Shown here: positions 12,312-26,164 of the stretch, piece by piece
How positions within the stretch are numbered: position 1 is the first letter of the stretch
Layout of the letters: each line of letters opens with the position of its first letter
DNA from: Octopus vulgaris
Taxonomy: Eukaryota
Assembly (NCBI GenBank): GCA_951406725.2
Contig: OX597839.1
Location: 9,858,001-9,922,000 of the forward strand
Length of the DNA stretch: 64,000 bases
Reading direction: 5' to 3'
Made by a program: the position numbers and the translations under genes
The notes under the pieces: generated by a model
Told to the model about the DNA's origin: nothing
What the model saw: the letters and a program-made list of their open reading frames with translations, nothing else
Databases searched by the model: none

Positions 12312-13526
12312 CCTGGACATTGACATGAGTCATGATGCAGTCTTTCATGTGCATATTACTAAGCTGGCAATGAAATGCAGGTGGCTGACCAAATGGATCC
12401 TTAGAACTTTCAGAAAGAATAAGTGAGCAAGAAATCATGATCCTGTGCAGGGTATTTGTCCTAAGCTGTCTTGATTATTGCTCCCAACTGTGGCCACCAC
12501 AAAGTGTGAAATTAATAGTGGAACTTGAAGCATTTCATTTGTGGGAGTGGGTAGTTGGCTGGGCCCAGCAATGCACTTGTCAATGCTTTCATTCTTTGGA
12601 ACACAAAGAAGATAGCATTACTCTTTACTCTTTTACTTGTTTCAGTCATGTGACTGCGGCCATGCTGGAGCACCGCCTTTTAGTCGAGCAAATCGACCCC
12701 AGGACTTATTCTTTGTAAGCCTAGTACTTATTCTATCGGTCTCTTTTGCCGAACCGCTAAGTTACGGGGACGTAAACACACCAGCATCGGTTGTCAAGCG
12801 ATGTTGGGGGGACAAACACAGACACACAAACATATACACACACATATACATATATATACATATATACGACGGCCTTCTTTCAGTTTCCGTCTACCAAATC
12901 CACTAACAAGGCTTTGGTCGGCCCGAGGCTATAGTAGAAGACACTTGCCCAAGGTGCCATGCAGTGGGACTGATCTCGGAACCATGTGGTTGGTAAGCTA
13001 GCTACTTATCACACAGTCATTCCCGCGCCTATAGTGCTAATTAGCTACTATGAAAGACTGGAGAGGTCAAGACATTACTCCCTGGAACAAAGGCAGGAAA
13101 GATACGCAATATACTTCTGGAAGATCCTGAAAGAACTCATCCCAAACTTTGGCACTGAAAGTTATAACAGAGTACCTAAAATACCTTCCTTGCCGTCAAA
13201 ATATAGGATCAGGTACTGCAATAGCGTGGAAGATTAAATATCCTCCTGAAAGAGTTGTGAAACTTAACATGGTGTTGTAGATATCTTCAAAATGAAACTG
13301 GATCTCCTACTGTCAAGGAGTCCCATATGAGCCAACTCTACAGCAGGAAGTGGGAATAAGCGCAACAGCATGAATGTCCCTCATTCACCAAATGCCAACA
13401 ATCAAGTTAGCTACTGTGACAAATGTGTACAAAAGATTGGTTACAAATATCAAAACAAAACAGTTCTCAATCGATGTAAACACGAGAAAAATGTAGAATG
13501 AGAGAAACATTTTTTGACTTGCATAC

Positions 13527-14082
13527 CTTGAGTTTTAGCCGAAGAGTTTGGTATTGTTGAGGACGGAGGAACTGCTGTCTCGGAGTTGGCATTAACTAAG
13601 CTGGATTGCGATTCATTCAATTTAGTATTCCTTTGAAGTGTTGTAGAATCATCGATGTCGCCTGTAACCTTGAGACTTGGTACTCCAGATCCATAGTTGG
13701 AAGTTCCTTTTAAAATACTTTTAGGTTTTGGCCGGAGTGGAGGTGGTACCGTCGGCCTGGGAGTAGAAAACGAATTGATTTTTTTTATGGTGACCATACT
13801 GTCCGCAGATGAAGCATCAGTGGAAGTGGGTAGTTGGCTGGGCCCAGCCATGCCCTCGTCGATACTCTCACTCTTTGGAACATTATAACTACCGCTTCTC
13901 TTGAATAGCTTGGTAGTCTCTTTTTCACTGTGGCGCCTAAACAGCCCTTTCTTTACTTCGTCCAACTTGTTCAGTTCATCTTCGGTCAAAACCGACTGTT
14001 CTTTACCTTTCTCTTTCTTTTTCTGTTCCTTCTTCTCCTTCTCTTTCTTTTTGTCTTTCTCTTTCTTTCGGAAACTGAACAT
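13527..14082 (-). CDS. MYO18A: First coding exon of an unconventional myosin-XVIII-like gene (KE-rich N-terminus)
   Basis: MFSFRKKEKDKKKEKEKKEQKKKEK..LTEDELNKLDEVKKGLFRR resembles the MYO18A N-terminus (MFNLMKKDKDK..KEKKEKKE..AELRSLEEMSLRRGFF). The exon ends at a strong donor CAAG|GTATGC (phase 1). PDZ and motor exons are not in the window. Confidence 0.72.
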
Positions 14083-15600
14083 GATCAGTTGTTAATAATG
14101 TTCAACCTATCACCGAATATCTAAATCCAGAAATGTTAGCGGCCGCAGCCTTCGTCGTTGTTGCGCAAACCCAGTCGGTTGTTACAGTTTAAACAAAGTA
14201 TCTCCAGCGCGTATCAAACGTAATAAAAAAACTGAGACGGGTAGGTTTGAAAGAACCAACCACAAAGTGTCACCGTCCCTTTTGTCACTACTGCTCTCCG
14301 AGTTGCGAGTGTGTTTGTCTGTGATGTGTGTATGTATGCGTGTGACGATTGTGTGTGTGCAAACATGTGTGTAGATTTTAAAAAATTGCTTTGGACCGTC
14401 GTAAGAGGAAAACAGCCGAAGTGATGCGAGAAAAGTATTCTTGCCCGATTTAGGAAAGTTGTCAGTGGTCAGGGAGTTTCTATTCAAACAATTAGAACGC
14501 TAACTTAATATACACGAGATAATGGAAGCATTACTGTCTGCGAACAAAACAATATTGTTCGAATGTTATATATATATAAATATATATATAAACACAAAGT
14601 TAGATAATTTGTCTACGGACGTCAGAAGTACAACAGACAATTACACGTTTATCAAGAAGTACTCATCCAAAAATATAAAAGAAAAAAAAAAGACAATGGG
14701 ACCTTTCGGAGACACTTCATATCAGACGGCCAGTGTTCGCAAGAGATATACAAATAACAAAAATGTTGCAATTCAATCGGTTTGTTCGTAGTTTTAAGTC
14801 ACTGACCAGAAGCACATGTATGATGAGAAAATATATTTCCAGTTGTAAAAAGTGTCCTTTTTTTTTTCAACTGCAGCATTTAACAAAAATCCCTTTCACT
14901 CTCCTTCGTTGAGCTTCGAAGAACAAATCTACAAAACAACAAATGTTAGACTTCCTAAGTTTCACCACCACCATTACCACTACAAAAACTGATAAGACCA
15001 CCTCTACTACCACTACAGCTAAGAAAATAATCACTGCTACTACTACTACTGACACTGCTAATAATACTAATAGTATTACTTATATTACTATTAATACTAC
15101 AACTACCACTATTACAACTACAAAACAGGAGGGAGGGGTTGTACTTTGCTAGGATTGGTGTTGGCGGGGATGATAAGATAAAAGTAATTAGTGTGTCGCG
15201 TGTGTAACAGTTAGTGCGCGCGCCTTCTTACGTTTGGCTATGTGCAAGTGTGTAGGTGGCAGTGGTAGAGGGAGAAAGAGTGCGATAGAGCAGACGGGGA
15301 AAGTGAACCTTTGACGCGGGTAATAGAGATAAGAGAGGTACTGTTGGTTGTGCGCGGCAACGCTTTCTTCTGCTGGTTGTGAAAGGAAACACCAAATAAA
15401 CAAACGTGAGTCTGTGGCGAGGCTAGAATCTGCTTCTTAATCCTATAACATGGCTGACAACTATCCGGGCACCTGCCAAACAAATACTTCCGCATCGTAC
15501 ATCGTAGACGAACTTAGAGAGCTAACCAAGGTGTAACAACTTGGACGAAATGCACATCGATAGAGACGAGATGTTTTTTTTGCCATTCATATCATATCTA
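14083..15600 (-). promoter_or_regulatory. Probable 5'UTR/promoter region of the MYO18-like gene
   Basis: Transposon-free and relatively CpG-rich stretch directly upstream of the ATG, containing an (ACT/ACC)n tract at about 14960-15120. TSS cannot be located. Confidence 0.35.
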
Positions 15601-18589
15601 AGTATGCTTCCATGATTAATATAAACACGAGGTCGGTTCAACAATTGTATATCCAAACTTATTTGTAACTGTTATCAAAAAACACACCGTCACACATCAG
15701 GTTGTATTCATACACCATAGCAAGGGAGGTCACTCTGTCCTCTCACCTGGTAAAGTTACGTCACATTTCGTAACGAGTGGTCAATCACAGCAGACAAATC
15801 GTTCGATTGTAAGGAGAGAGAGAAGAAGGAATGTGTCTGTGTGTCAGCTGTGATCTTGCACTTATCCATACACGTCCCTTTATCAATATTACAGCGAACG
15901 TCAGAAATAGTTAGAAAAAATATATGTTCATTCTTCTGCAACACCTTGGTATTATAACGCCGCAAAGTTGAGTAGCAGCAGTTTGTTTATCTGTCTACTG
16001 AGTCGGTTATATTTCACTGTTTATCTATTCACTAATTATCTGTCTAATCATATGTTTATATATATACATACTATATATTGGCGATTATATTTCTTATATA
16101 TGTATCAGCCGACTCATTTGGCCGTCTCTCTAACTTTATCAAGAGAAACAGTAGAATCCTCGGAAGCCAATGCTCGCACAAACTAATTCTTCACTTTGTA
16201 AACCACACCCTCTCTTCTAATCTGCTTACTGTTCTTCCATTGCCTGTTGGTCTGTTTATCTTTTTTCCTTGGACTCTCTGTATTAACGCAGACGTACAGA
16301 AAGCCAACAGTGCTTTATAGTATCTTCATTTGATATCTCTGACTTCAAATCCATCTGAGTCGATTGTTATTTCCGATGAATAATAAATAAATATTTATGT
16401 TAATCAAGTATTCTCACTGATAGTTTTTAGTGCTCCTCGACATTTTACAATCATATCTATTTCAAACATGGTTATTTATAAAGGTGTGTGTTAGCTGTTG
16501 ATGTTAATACTGTGTATTTGTAGTAAAACAGCAGAATCCGTGGAAACTAGTGTTATTCTGCATCATCGAATGTATGTGTGTGACGACAGTGATATCAAAA
16601 TTAAAATATATCATTCGTGGGCTATATAATGTTTACTCCTGTTGTTAATTCACATCTCTCGTGTATCTCAGAACTGAGATTATCCCTCTTTCACTTTTCC
16701 TTCTCTATGACTTGTACATTAAACACAAACCTGGACAGAGGCCAAAGATGGAGTTTTTTATGTGGTCGCTCGACCTACAATAAATTGCAGCCAAATCCCC
16801 CACCTGCCTACACCATTTTCGAAAGGTAAAGACGCATTGATTAACGTAGTGCTATATATGTAACATACTTTACTGAGAGAAGGATAAAGTGATTATAGCT
16901 GGATCGGTTTTTGATCATAGGTCTGCTGAAGCAAAGCTAACCCGGAGATAAACAAACCACACGAACCTTAGAAAACACCTGCAATGCAGATGACACGACA
17001 AGCCTGTCTGATTCACTAGAGAATTCCTATACTCACCTAGTCACACACAAATGAAGTCACATATCAACTCATGAATATTAATATTTTCTTTTTCCTTTCG
17101 TTCTTCCTGAATCAGTAAAAAAAATGTACCAGTAATATCCTAGTGACCATTATTATAAAAGAAAGAAAATAACAAAATCATCGTTGCCATCATCATCATA
17201 ATGAGAGTGATGGGTTGATAGATGCTTTAGCGTTCTGGACAAAATTCTTTACAAGGATTGTTCCCGCTTTATTTTCACCTTCTGAGTCGATGCCCTGCAG
17301 AAATCAACTTTGCTTTTCATCATTTCAGCGTTGATAGAATATTTAATATACATTGATAAAGTAAAGCTGTTTTGTTTTAATATTCATCGATTTTATGGCT
17401 AACATAAATAATTAACACCTGAGTGAGTTAAAATTTTTAAAAAGTGATTTGGAGTGAATAGAAAAGAAAGTGTTGAAGGACAAAAGGTATTAAGGTATTT
17501 GACAAAAAAGAAAAAAAATTCCATAATTAATTTGGTACACCAATATCCAATATTCCTTTCTTCTATAGGCACAAGGCCTGAAATTTTGGGGCGGTGGGTG
17601 AGTTGATTACATCGACCCCAGTGTTCAATTGGTACTTATTTTATCAACCCCAGAAAGAATGAAAGGCAAAGTCGACCTTGGCGGAATTTGAACTCAGAAT
17701 GTAAAGACAGACGAAATACCTATTTTTTTACTACCCACAAGGGGCTACACACAGAAGGGACAAACGGATTAAGTCGATTACATCGACCCCCAGTGTGTAA
17801 CTGGTACTTAGTTTATCGACCCCGAAAGGATGAAAGGTAAAGTCGACCCGGCGGATTTTGAACTCAGAACTTAACGGCAAATGAAATACCACTAAGCATT
17901 TTGCCTGGTATGCTAATGATTCTGCCAGCTCACCACCTTACACCAATATTTAATATTGCCAGCATTTTTGAAAAGTTTCCAATATTTTATCACTGAATTC
18001 AGATTTTTTTTATTTTTACAGAAACACCCAATAAAATTTTGGCAGCTCAGGTATTCAAATGTTAAATTTCTGCCAGCTCACCACTGAGTGCACACATAGG
18101 ATTGCTTATAGATAATGTGGGAAAACCCTTTGGCTTGGCTCTTCATCACATGTAAAAGATGTGATGACCATTAGATTCATATATTGATATAAGATCCATG
18201 GTTATGAACATGTATAATACGGTATTCAGATTAAAATAATGATATATATTCTACTTTTCATCTGTGGGAATATTCCATATATAGTTATTCTTGTTTTATT
18301 CACATGATTTTTAGTCTATCATGAGTCAAGCAAGAGCTTCAAGGATTCATATATTCAATATGGATTCAAAAAAACTTCCATGCTTCCTGAGATTTGCCAA
18401 CACTACACCTGATTTTCTCCCCTCCGTACACACGCAAGCATGTATATGACTCATACACTGTTCACTTTCCAGACATTTGTATATTACTGCATATGCTTTA
18501 TATGCACTTTTGACAAGATGTGGTGCACCTGAGCACTGTATACAATAATTTCATTATTATTATTATTATTATTTCCTCCTAAAACATGT

Positions 18590-19150
18590 GTGAAGGCTTG
18601 AGCGTGTTACCTGTGGAAAAGTTTTGACAAAGTTAAAGCAGCAATTATTGTATATTCACTCTATACATGACAAAACCTGTTTTGAATGTCATGGAAATGA
18701 TCTTTGAATCTTAGTTCAACAGAGGCATTCCAAGAACATGTCACAGCATTGGAGATAGCCGAAGAGAGAAAAGAATTATGCATACAATTTGGGAAACCTT
18801 GATCAAACCAAATGATCTCAAAATTGTATTTGGAAACAGACTAGAGAAAATTTTTGCAGCAGTTTCGTTATCAAATGGTACTGTTCAATGCTCAGTGTCA
18901 GCAATGACATTGAGGATCAAGTTGAGCAAGTGATCAAATCTGCAGCATTTGGTCCAAGTTACTGGCATTTACAAGATAGGTTCACTCAGCCTTACTTAGA
19001 TAAGAGTTTCTGTTTTGTTTTACTCTTGAAACAACTGACGAAGTTTCAGATATCTTGGAAAAGATTTCATTTTTCCTAGACACAGAATTTTTTTATGAGA
19101 TAATGTCTGTGGGTGGTGTACTGGTGATGAACCAACTATTGGGAATAGAA
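18590..19150 (+). mobile_element. hAT (Buster/ZBED5-like) transposase relic
   Basis: Broken frame reads HTIWETLIKP..KIVFG..AVSLSNGTVQ..SNDIEDQV. Confidence 0.55.
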
Positions 19151-21845
19151 TCTAGATTTCAAGTACAAAAATGCAAGCCCCTAAGTATTCATCTGTAGGC
19201 AAGAAGGCAAAATCAGATGGAATTGTTAAAGAAAACTAGTGATGAAAAAGGAATGGTTATAGACTCACTATAGTGTGATATTGTGAAAATGCAGGATTGA
19301 ATATTAAAAGTTCTCATTTGGAACTATTCACTTGAAGAGTCTCGCAAAAGCTAGACACCAACTTTGCAATATCATCATTATCCAATGCAAATCATGCAGA
19401 AGCAATGATATCACTTTGGTGAACTCCTGAGGGAGGACATATACATTGATCATTGAAATAAAAATATGAAGGCTCTTGATGTATCTACTGTGGAGGCACA
19501 TGGCCTAGTGGTTAGAGCAGCGGACTCGCGGTCGAGGGATCACGGGTTCGAATCTCAGACTGGGTGATATGTGTGTTTATGAGCGAAAACACCTAAGCTC
19601 CACGCGGCTCCGGCAGAAGGTAATGGGCGAACTTCTGCTGACTCTTTCGCCACAACTTTCACTTATTCCGCCTGCATCTTGCAGCACACCTGCTACTGAC
19701 TGGCGTCCCGTCCAGGTGGGGAACCTATACACCAAGAAACTCTGTCAAGTGCCCAATCCCGAGTCTTCTTCAGAAACCCTAACTTCCTTGGGCCCTGCAG
19801 AGCCCACTGGAGACACTGGTTTAGAAGTTGGGTGGGATACATTTTCATCACATGCCACTTCATCCGCCTGCTATCCACCAACTAACTTAACTCCAATCTT
19901 CTTAGTATTTCCAGGCTGGTAATAGAGTCTCTGTATGAAAAGTGGTGCCAGAGGCCATGACTCGGCCACAGAGAAGATTAAAGCAGACAATGCTTGACAT
20001 CAGTTGGATTTCAATCTTTACACTGATGTGAACTTTCTAGATTCTTCTTATTTTGAGAAAAGCATTGTTAGCTTTGCTAATTCTTATATTAACTTCTTTC
20101 TCCCTATCTCCATTACAGCTGATCTTACTGCCAAAGTATGTGATGTATTTGCATTCTTCCAGATGTTCACCTACATGGATCAACTACTTAAAAAAAGACC
20201 AAAAAAATGATAGGGCATTCAAAGTTATCCCAACCGCAGAACAGGACGCCACTGCATGGTGCCAAAGATTCCAACATCAACATCAAAATACAGGACCAGA
20301 TACTGCTACAGCTTGGGTTTCAGAGGACCACAGCTCTTCATCATCCTCCCTAAATGCCTGAGAGACCTGCATGGTGTGGATGTGGGTTTCTTTAAAACTA
20401 AACTGGATTTCTTCTTGACAGGGGTCCCAGATAAACCTACCTCTCGGCAGGAAACACAGATGTGGGCAGCAGCATTGAACTCCCTTGTTCATCAAGTGCC
20501 ACGTATCAGAGGTGGTTTCACATACTAGTGTAGCTCATTCAACGGTGGTGCCCAGCATGGCCACAGCCTTCAGGATGAAAAATTTTTTAGGATTAGGGAT
20601 TTTAAGGGGCAACTATTTTACGTCAAGGTGACTAAATGTTGGGATAAAACAGATAATACATATATGTGTGTGACTGAGCTCATATAGTAAATAATGAATC
20701 TCCATTAATTTCGATGATGAGGATTAAGTTGTTCAATCAGCTGAGTGACCACCTCATTGAATTAGCATATAAAAAGCTGGGCATTCTCCATGGGAGACAA
20801 TCCACATTTCTAGTAAGCTTTGAATGTTTTTCAAGTTTCCATTTGATGTTATAGTCTGTAGCCTTATCTTTCAACTAGTATATATGTTTGACCAGTGTAG
20901 CCATGTTCTGTCTCTCAAAGTGTTTGAAGTATGCAGTGTGGTTGTATAGGTTTTCCTTAAAGGGACCACTGGCTCGCCTCGTGGCTTTTGAAAGCGCAGG
21001 GCAATCCAAGGGACATAACTCTGGAAAACTTTGGGTTCAACCGATGCCAGTATGAAAAACGGACGTTAAGTGATGATAAGGCGTAAGAGGAACTCCAAAG
21101 GGGAACATACCAGTCGTTACAGCTACGTTGGACTCAAATATTTAATGCAAGGTACTGCCATTTATGAGAGCAGTGAGCGTAAAGTTCTAGAAGGTTCCGA
21201 CTAAAACAAATTCTTCACGATAATTTTTCCTCCTTTCATCTATTCTCAGATTCACCTCTACTTACAAACTTTGACCCTCGTTCACTTTATTTTCCCGTCC
21301 AATTATCTCATAGCTTCGTCTTATTCTTTCTTCTCCTCTTGCCCACTTTTTATTCCCCTCCACCCCATACAAACAGGCATACATATAATACTTCTTTGCG
21401 GCATACTAGATTCTTCCCTCTGACTTCTGAATTCGTAAGGCCAATCCAAGGGACATAACTCTGGAAAGCAGTTACCTCAGGTTCTCCAATACTTTTTAAT
21501 TATAAACAGAAACAACGGGGGAAGGGAAAACGAATTGAAAATGTGTTTATGGGGAGAAAATATTGAAAAACATCAGTAGGGGCTATTTTGGTATGTGATC
21601 TACAAGAAAAGTTATACTCATGAAGAACAAAGAAAACAACGATAAACTTAGTAAAGTTGTTTTAAATTTACTTCGTTCTTATTTCTTTTTAATAATAAAT
21701 GTATAAAATTTATAAAAAATTTAATAGGCGTAGGAGTGGCTTAGCAAACTCGTGGTTCCGGGTTCAGTCCCACTGCGTGGCACCTTGGGCAGGTGTCTTC
21801 TACTATAGCCTCGGGCCGACCAAACCCTTGTGAGTGGATTTGGTA

Positions 21846-22010
21846 GATCCTGCGGTATAGATACACACGTGACTTTGTTTACATTTCTGAAGATAACAAA
21901 AACCCTTTTCTCCCACCCCTAACACAAACCCTAATCCTATCCCTAACCCCCCATATATAAAAAAAAAGCACTTTCTTGAAATGTATCCCGTACTTATACC
22001 GAAGTTACGC
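21846..22010. mobile_element. Half MITE with telomere-like repeats (inverted copy of 25709-25872)
   Basis: GATCCTGCGGTATAG..CCCTAATCCTATCCCTAACCC..CCGAAGTTACGCC is the reverse complement of 25709-25872 and resembles 26001-26164. It truncates a SINE A. Confidence 0.7.
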
Positions 22011-22822
22011 CTGTGCTAGAAAGAACATCCAAATTTCCTTTAAATCACAGACCTTTTCGTGTGAAAATATTTACAAAAATTCCATGTGCGTAGTGCAAAA
22101 AAGAAATTACCCACAGTCGGTCCGAAGGGGACTAAAGTGAAAAAAAAAATTATAAACTTTCAAACATTTTTTTTCTGTTTTCATAAAATAGATACCACCC
22201 ATCCTTTCGAAAGCCGGGCAGAGAAAAAAAATGGGAAAATCCTCAGCAAAACAGAGAAAATTCAACTTATGTAGGTGTCTTGTACCGAAACTCCGCTGAA
22301 TAAGTTATTCTTACATGAAAAACTGGTAAAGGAGTGACAAAAAACTATTTTGATGATATATTCGTATAACCCATGCTAGCATGGGGGTAAAAAGAGAAAA
22401 AAAAAACCAAACGACGAACAAATATAAAGACGTGTGCGTCTGCTAACGTAGCGGGATGTTCTTTACATCAGGTTCTATTTATCAGTTTACACCGTGGAGT
22501 CTCATTGCTTGGCGCCACATTCAATATTATGTTGTCAATACGGAATATAATTCGTGAGAGAAGGACGTTGAATTTGATGGTTAAGAGAGAGTTAACGTTG
22601 TTTCAAAGGGAGATGTTATTAAACAGTGGGAGTTGAAGTATATTTGTAAGTATGTTTTAGTTATTCTTTTAGTAGCAACATACATATATGTGCACGTTTT
22701 TTAGCCTGCCAACCGTGATCGAGCAGACTTTGGTATTTATGTCTGTTTGTGGATCAATTGGAAGTTGAAATATCGACACTGTTCAGGGCAAAGTCCAGAC
22801 AGAGGCACTCCCTCATTTCTTT

Positions 22823-24289
22823 GGTACTTGTCTATTGTCGTGGTCCCGGTTTCGCACACGCGAATTCGCGCGCCAGACGTAGGTACTCGATACTCGAGAT
22901 CCTACGAGGTGACTTGCGCATGCGCAGTGCAGAATTCGCGCATGCGCGTTACCCCCCCTAAAAAAAAAGGTGTTGGATTTCACTAAAAATATATATGTGT
23001 GTGTGTGTATATAACATTTTCAATTTTACACAAAAAAATTACATAGTCGCTTTCCTCGCGGATTTACAGATAAATGAATTAATTACTATTTTACAGAATA
23101 AAATTAATGAATTAATTATATAAATTAAATAATTCTTGAAAATTAATTAATATTAATAATATTTTTTGAACAAAGTAAATAATTTATAAAACTTGGTTAA
23201 TTTTTTTTACACAAACGCGAACGTATATAATTTGTGAAACTTTTTTTTTTTTACAGACGTATATAATTTGGTAAACTTAATGAATTAATTTCTTCTCATC
23301 ATCATCATCGTTTAACGTCCGTTCTCCATGCCAGCATGGGTTGGACGGTTCGACCGGGGATCTGGGAAGCCAGAAGGCTGCACCAGACTCCAGTCTTATC
23401 TGGCAATGTTTCTACAGCTGGATGCCCTTCCTAACGCCAACCACTCCGAGAGTGTAGTGGGTGCTTTTTACATGCCACCCGCACAGGTGCCAGGAGAGGC
23501 TGGCAACGGCCACGGTCGGATTGGTGCCAGTCGAGGCGGCTCTGGCATCGGCCACGATTCGGATAGTGCTTTTTACGTACCACCAGTCCAGGGGTCCTGG
23601 CATTTGCCGGGTGCCACACTTGCCCCAACATGTCTTCGCAAGCAAAGGGGGTTGGCGTGGGTGCCTGTCGTGGGATGAGGTTCGATATCAACTTCGCTTG
23701 CCTCAACAGGTCTTTGTGTATAAATGTATAAATTTTTCGCACTAAATTCTTTCCGTAGAATTTATCAAAAAACGCGCAAAATTATTCCGTAGAATTTATC
23801 AAATTAAAAAACGCAAAATTAATATATTTTTTGAAATTGCAAATTATTTAGAATATAAAACAAATGAAGTTAAATTTTAAAAATAAATGTCGTATACTTA
23901 TACTCTGTAAGGTGCTGTGTTCACACTTCAATTTACTATTTTCTAGAAATGTTGCTTTTCTAATTGAAACAATTTTTCTCAATCTCCATTTAAAAGTCCA
24001 TAATGCCTCTTGAGCCATATCAAAATGAACAACTTTGAATTACGTGGTGGTGGTGTGAGGTTCTAATTTTTTTTTCTGATCTCTCTTTGCCCCCTCTTTA
24101 TCTCAGTTGTTCATTCCGCTAATATTTAGAAAAATTTTCGCGCCCAATTTTTGTTGTCGCATGAAAAGATGAACGATTTAAAATAAATATATCTTAATTG
24201 TAGTGTGAGAAAGTATATATATTCTGATGACAAAATATATTATCTTTCAAAAACATCCCAAATTTATAGACTATATCGTGTAGGTTTAA

Positions 24290-24338
<49 letters not shown>

Positions 24339-25474
24339 AGAATGAAACATCTTTCATCTGTCTCCCCACCACACCTCCATCTAGGGGGGCAAAGAGAGAT
24401 CAGAAAAAAATTAGAACCTCACACCACCACCACCGCCGCCGCGTAATTCAAAGTTGTTCATTTTGATATGTCTCAAGAGGCATTATGGACTTTTAAATGG
24501 AGATTGAGAAAAATTGTTTCAATTAGAAAAGCAACATTTCTAGAAAATAGTAAATTGAAGTGTGAACACAGCACCTTACAGAGTATAAGTATACGACATT
24601 TATTTTTAAAATTTAACTTCATTTGTTTTATATTCTAAATAATTTGCAATTTCAAAAAATATATTAATTTTGCGTTTTTTAATTTGATAAATTCTACGGA
24701 ATAATTTTGCGCGTTTTTTGATAAATTCTACGGAAAGAATTTAGTGCGAAAAATTTATACATTTATACACAAAGACCTGTTGAGGCAAGCGAAGTTGATA
24801 TCGAACCTCATCCCACGACAGGCACCCACGCCAACCCCCTTTGCTTGCGAAGACATGTTGGGGCAAGTGTGGCACCCGGCAAATGCCAGGACCCCTGGAC
24901 TGGTGGTACGTAAAAAGCACTATCCGAATCGTGGCCGATGCCAGAGCCGCCTCGACTGGCACCAATCCGACCGTGGCCGTTGCCAGCCTCTCCTGGCACC
25001 TGTGCGGGTGGCATGTAAAAAGCACCCACTACACTCTCGGAGTGGTTGGCGTTAGGAAGGGCATCCAGCTGTAGAAACATTGCCAGATAAGACTGGAGTC
25101 TGGTGCAGCCTTCTGGCTTCCCAGATCCCCGGTCGAACCGTCCAACCCATGCTGGCATGGAGAACGGACGTTAAACGATGATGATGATGAGAAGAAATTA
25201 ATTCATTAAGTTTACCAAATTATATACGTCTGTAAAAAAAAAAAGTTTCACAAATTATATACGTTCGCGTTTGTGTAAAAAAAATTATTAACCAAGTTTT
25301 ATAAATTATTTACTTTGTTCAAAAAATATTATTAATATTAATTAATTTTCAAGAATTATTTAATTTATATAATTAATTCATTAATTTTATTCTGTAAAAT
25401 AGTAATTAATTCATTTATCTGTAAATCCGCGAGGAAAGCGACTATGTAATTTTTTTGTGTAAAATTGAAAATGT

Positions 25475-25513
<39 letters not shown>

Positions 25514-25690
25514 TTTTAGTGAAATCCAACACCTTTTTTTTTATGGGGGGGTAACGCGCATGCGCGAATTCTGCACTGCGCATGCGCAAGTCACCTCGTA
25601 GGATCTCGAGTATCGAGTACCTACGTCTGGCGCGCGCGCGCGAGAGAATTCGCGTGTGCGAAACCGGGACCACGACAATAGACAAGTACC
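22823..25690. mobile_element. Foldback (MULE/FB-like) DNA transposon, 2.87 kb, non-autonomous
   Basis: Inverted arms 22823-24094 and 24385-25690 with termini GGTAC...GTACC, a 290-bp spacer with (TA)n, and an exact 9-bp TSD CATTTCTTT (22814-22822 and 25691-25699). Confidence 0.9.
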
Positions 25691-25876
25691 CATTTCTTTT
25701 TTCTTTTGGGCGTAACTTCGGTATAAGTACCGGAAGTACCGGATACATTTCAAGAAAGTGGGTTTTTTTTAATATATATATGGGGGGTTAGGGTTAGGGT
25801 TGGGAGAAAAGGGTTTCTGTTATCTTCAGAAATGTAAACAAAGTCACGTGTGTACCTATACCGAAGGATCGCTTCT

Positions 25877-26164
25877 GGCGATCTTTCGGTACGAGATACA
25901 TAGCTGTCACGTGGGTTTATTTACATTTCTGAAGAAAAAGGAAACCGTTCCCCCACCCCTAACCCTACATATATATATATATATATATAAAAAAGAAATT
26001 GGCGTAACTTCGGTATGGGTACCAGAAGTACTGGATACATTTCAAGAAAGTGTTTTTTTAAAATATATATATGGGGGGTTAGGGGTGGGAGAAAAGGGTT
26101 TCTGTTATCTTCAGAAAGGTAAACAAAGCCACTTCCGGTACCCTACGTATACCGAAGGGTCGCC
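25877..26164. mobile_element. MITE with GGCGATC-type TIRs and CCCTAA/TTAGGG-like subterminal repeats
   Basis: GGCGATCTTTCGGTA...TACCGAAGGGTCGCC. Confidence 0.7.

Larger units (their letters stand above)
10290..13400 (+). mobile_element. Decayed CR1/L2-like LINE RT, interrupted by SINEs and a MITE
   Basis: NYGPISLTSYISKVME..DTQYGF, YADETK, LDYCSQLWPP, YSLEQRQERY. A related tail lies at about 20200-20600. Confidence 0.8.

Noticed and set aside
13450-13526. C-terminal tail of the 210-aa ORF as coding sequence
   Set aside because: It is read-through past a strong splice donor at 13526 and is therefore intronic.
19495-19570. tRNA gene-like sequence (also about 58746-58820 and 62712-62772)
   Set aside because: A and B boxes are present, but there is no clean cloverleaf or terminator and each runs into a repeat body, so these are SINE heads.
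22500-22645. STN1 non-coding first exon
   Set aside because: Only a GTAAGT donor and modest CpG content support it, which is not enough to annotate without transcripts.
23328-25158. Pairs of identical ORFs on opposite strands
   Set aside because: They are chance frames in the SINE duplicated in both foldback arms and have no protein motifs.
22823-25690. Assembly artefact (chimeric foldback read)
   Set aside because: The exact 9-bp TSD, the unique 290-bp spacer and small arm differences argue for a real element. Long-read confirmation is still desirable.
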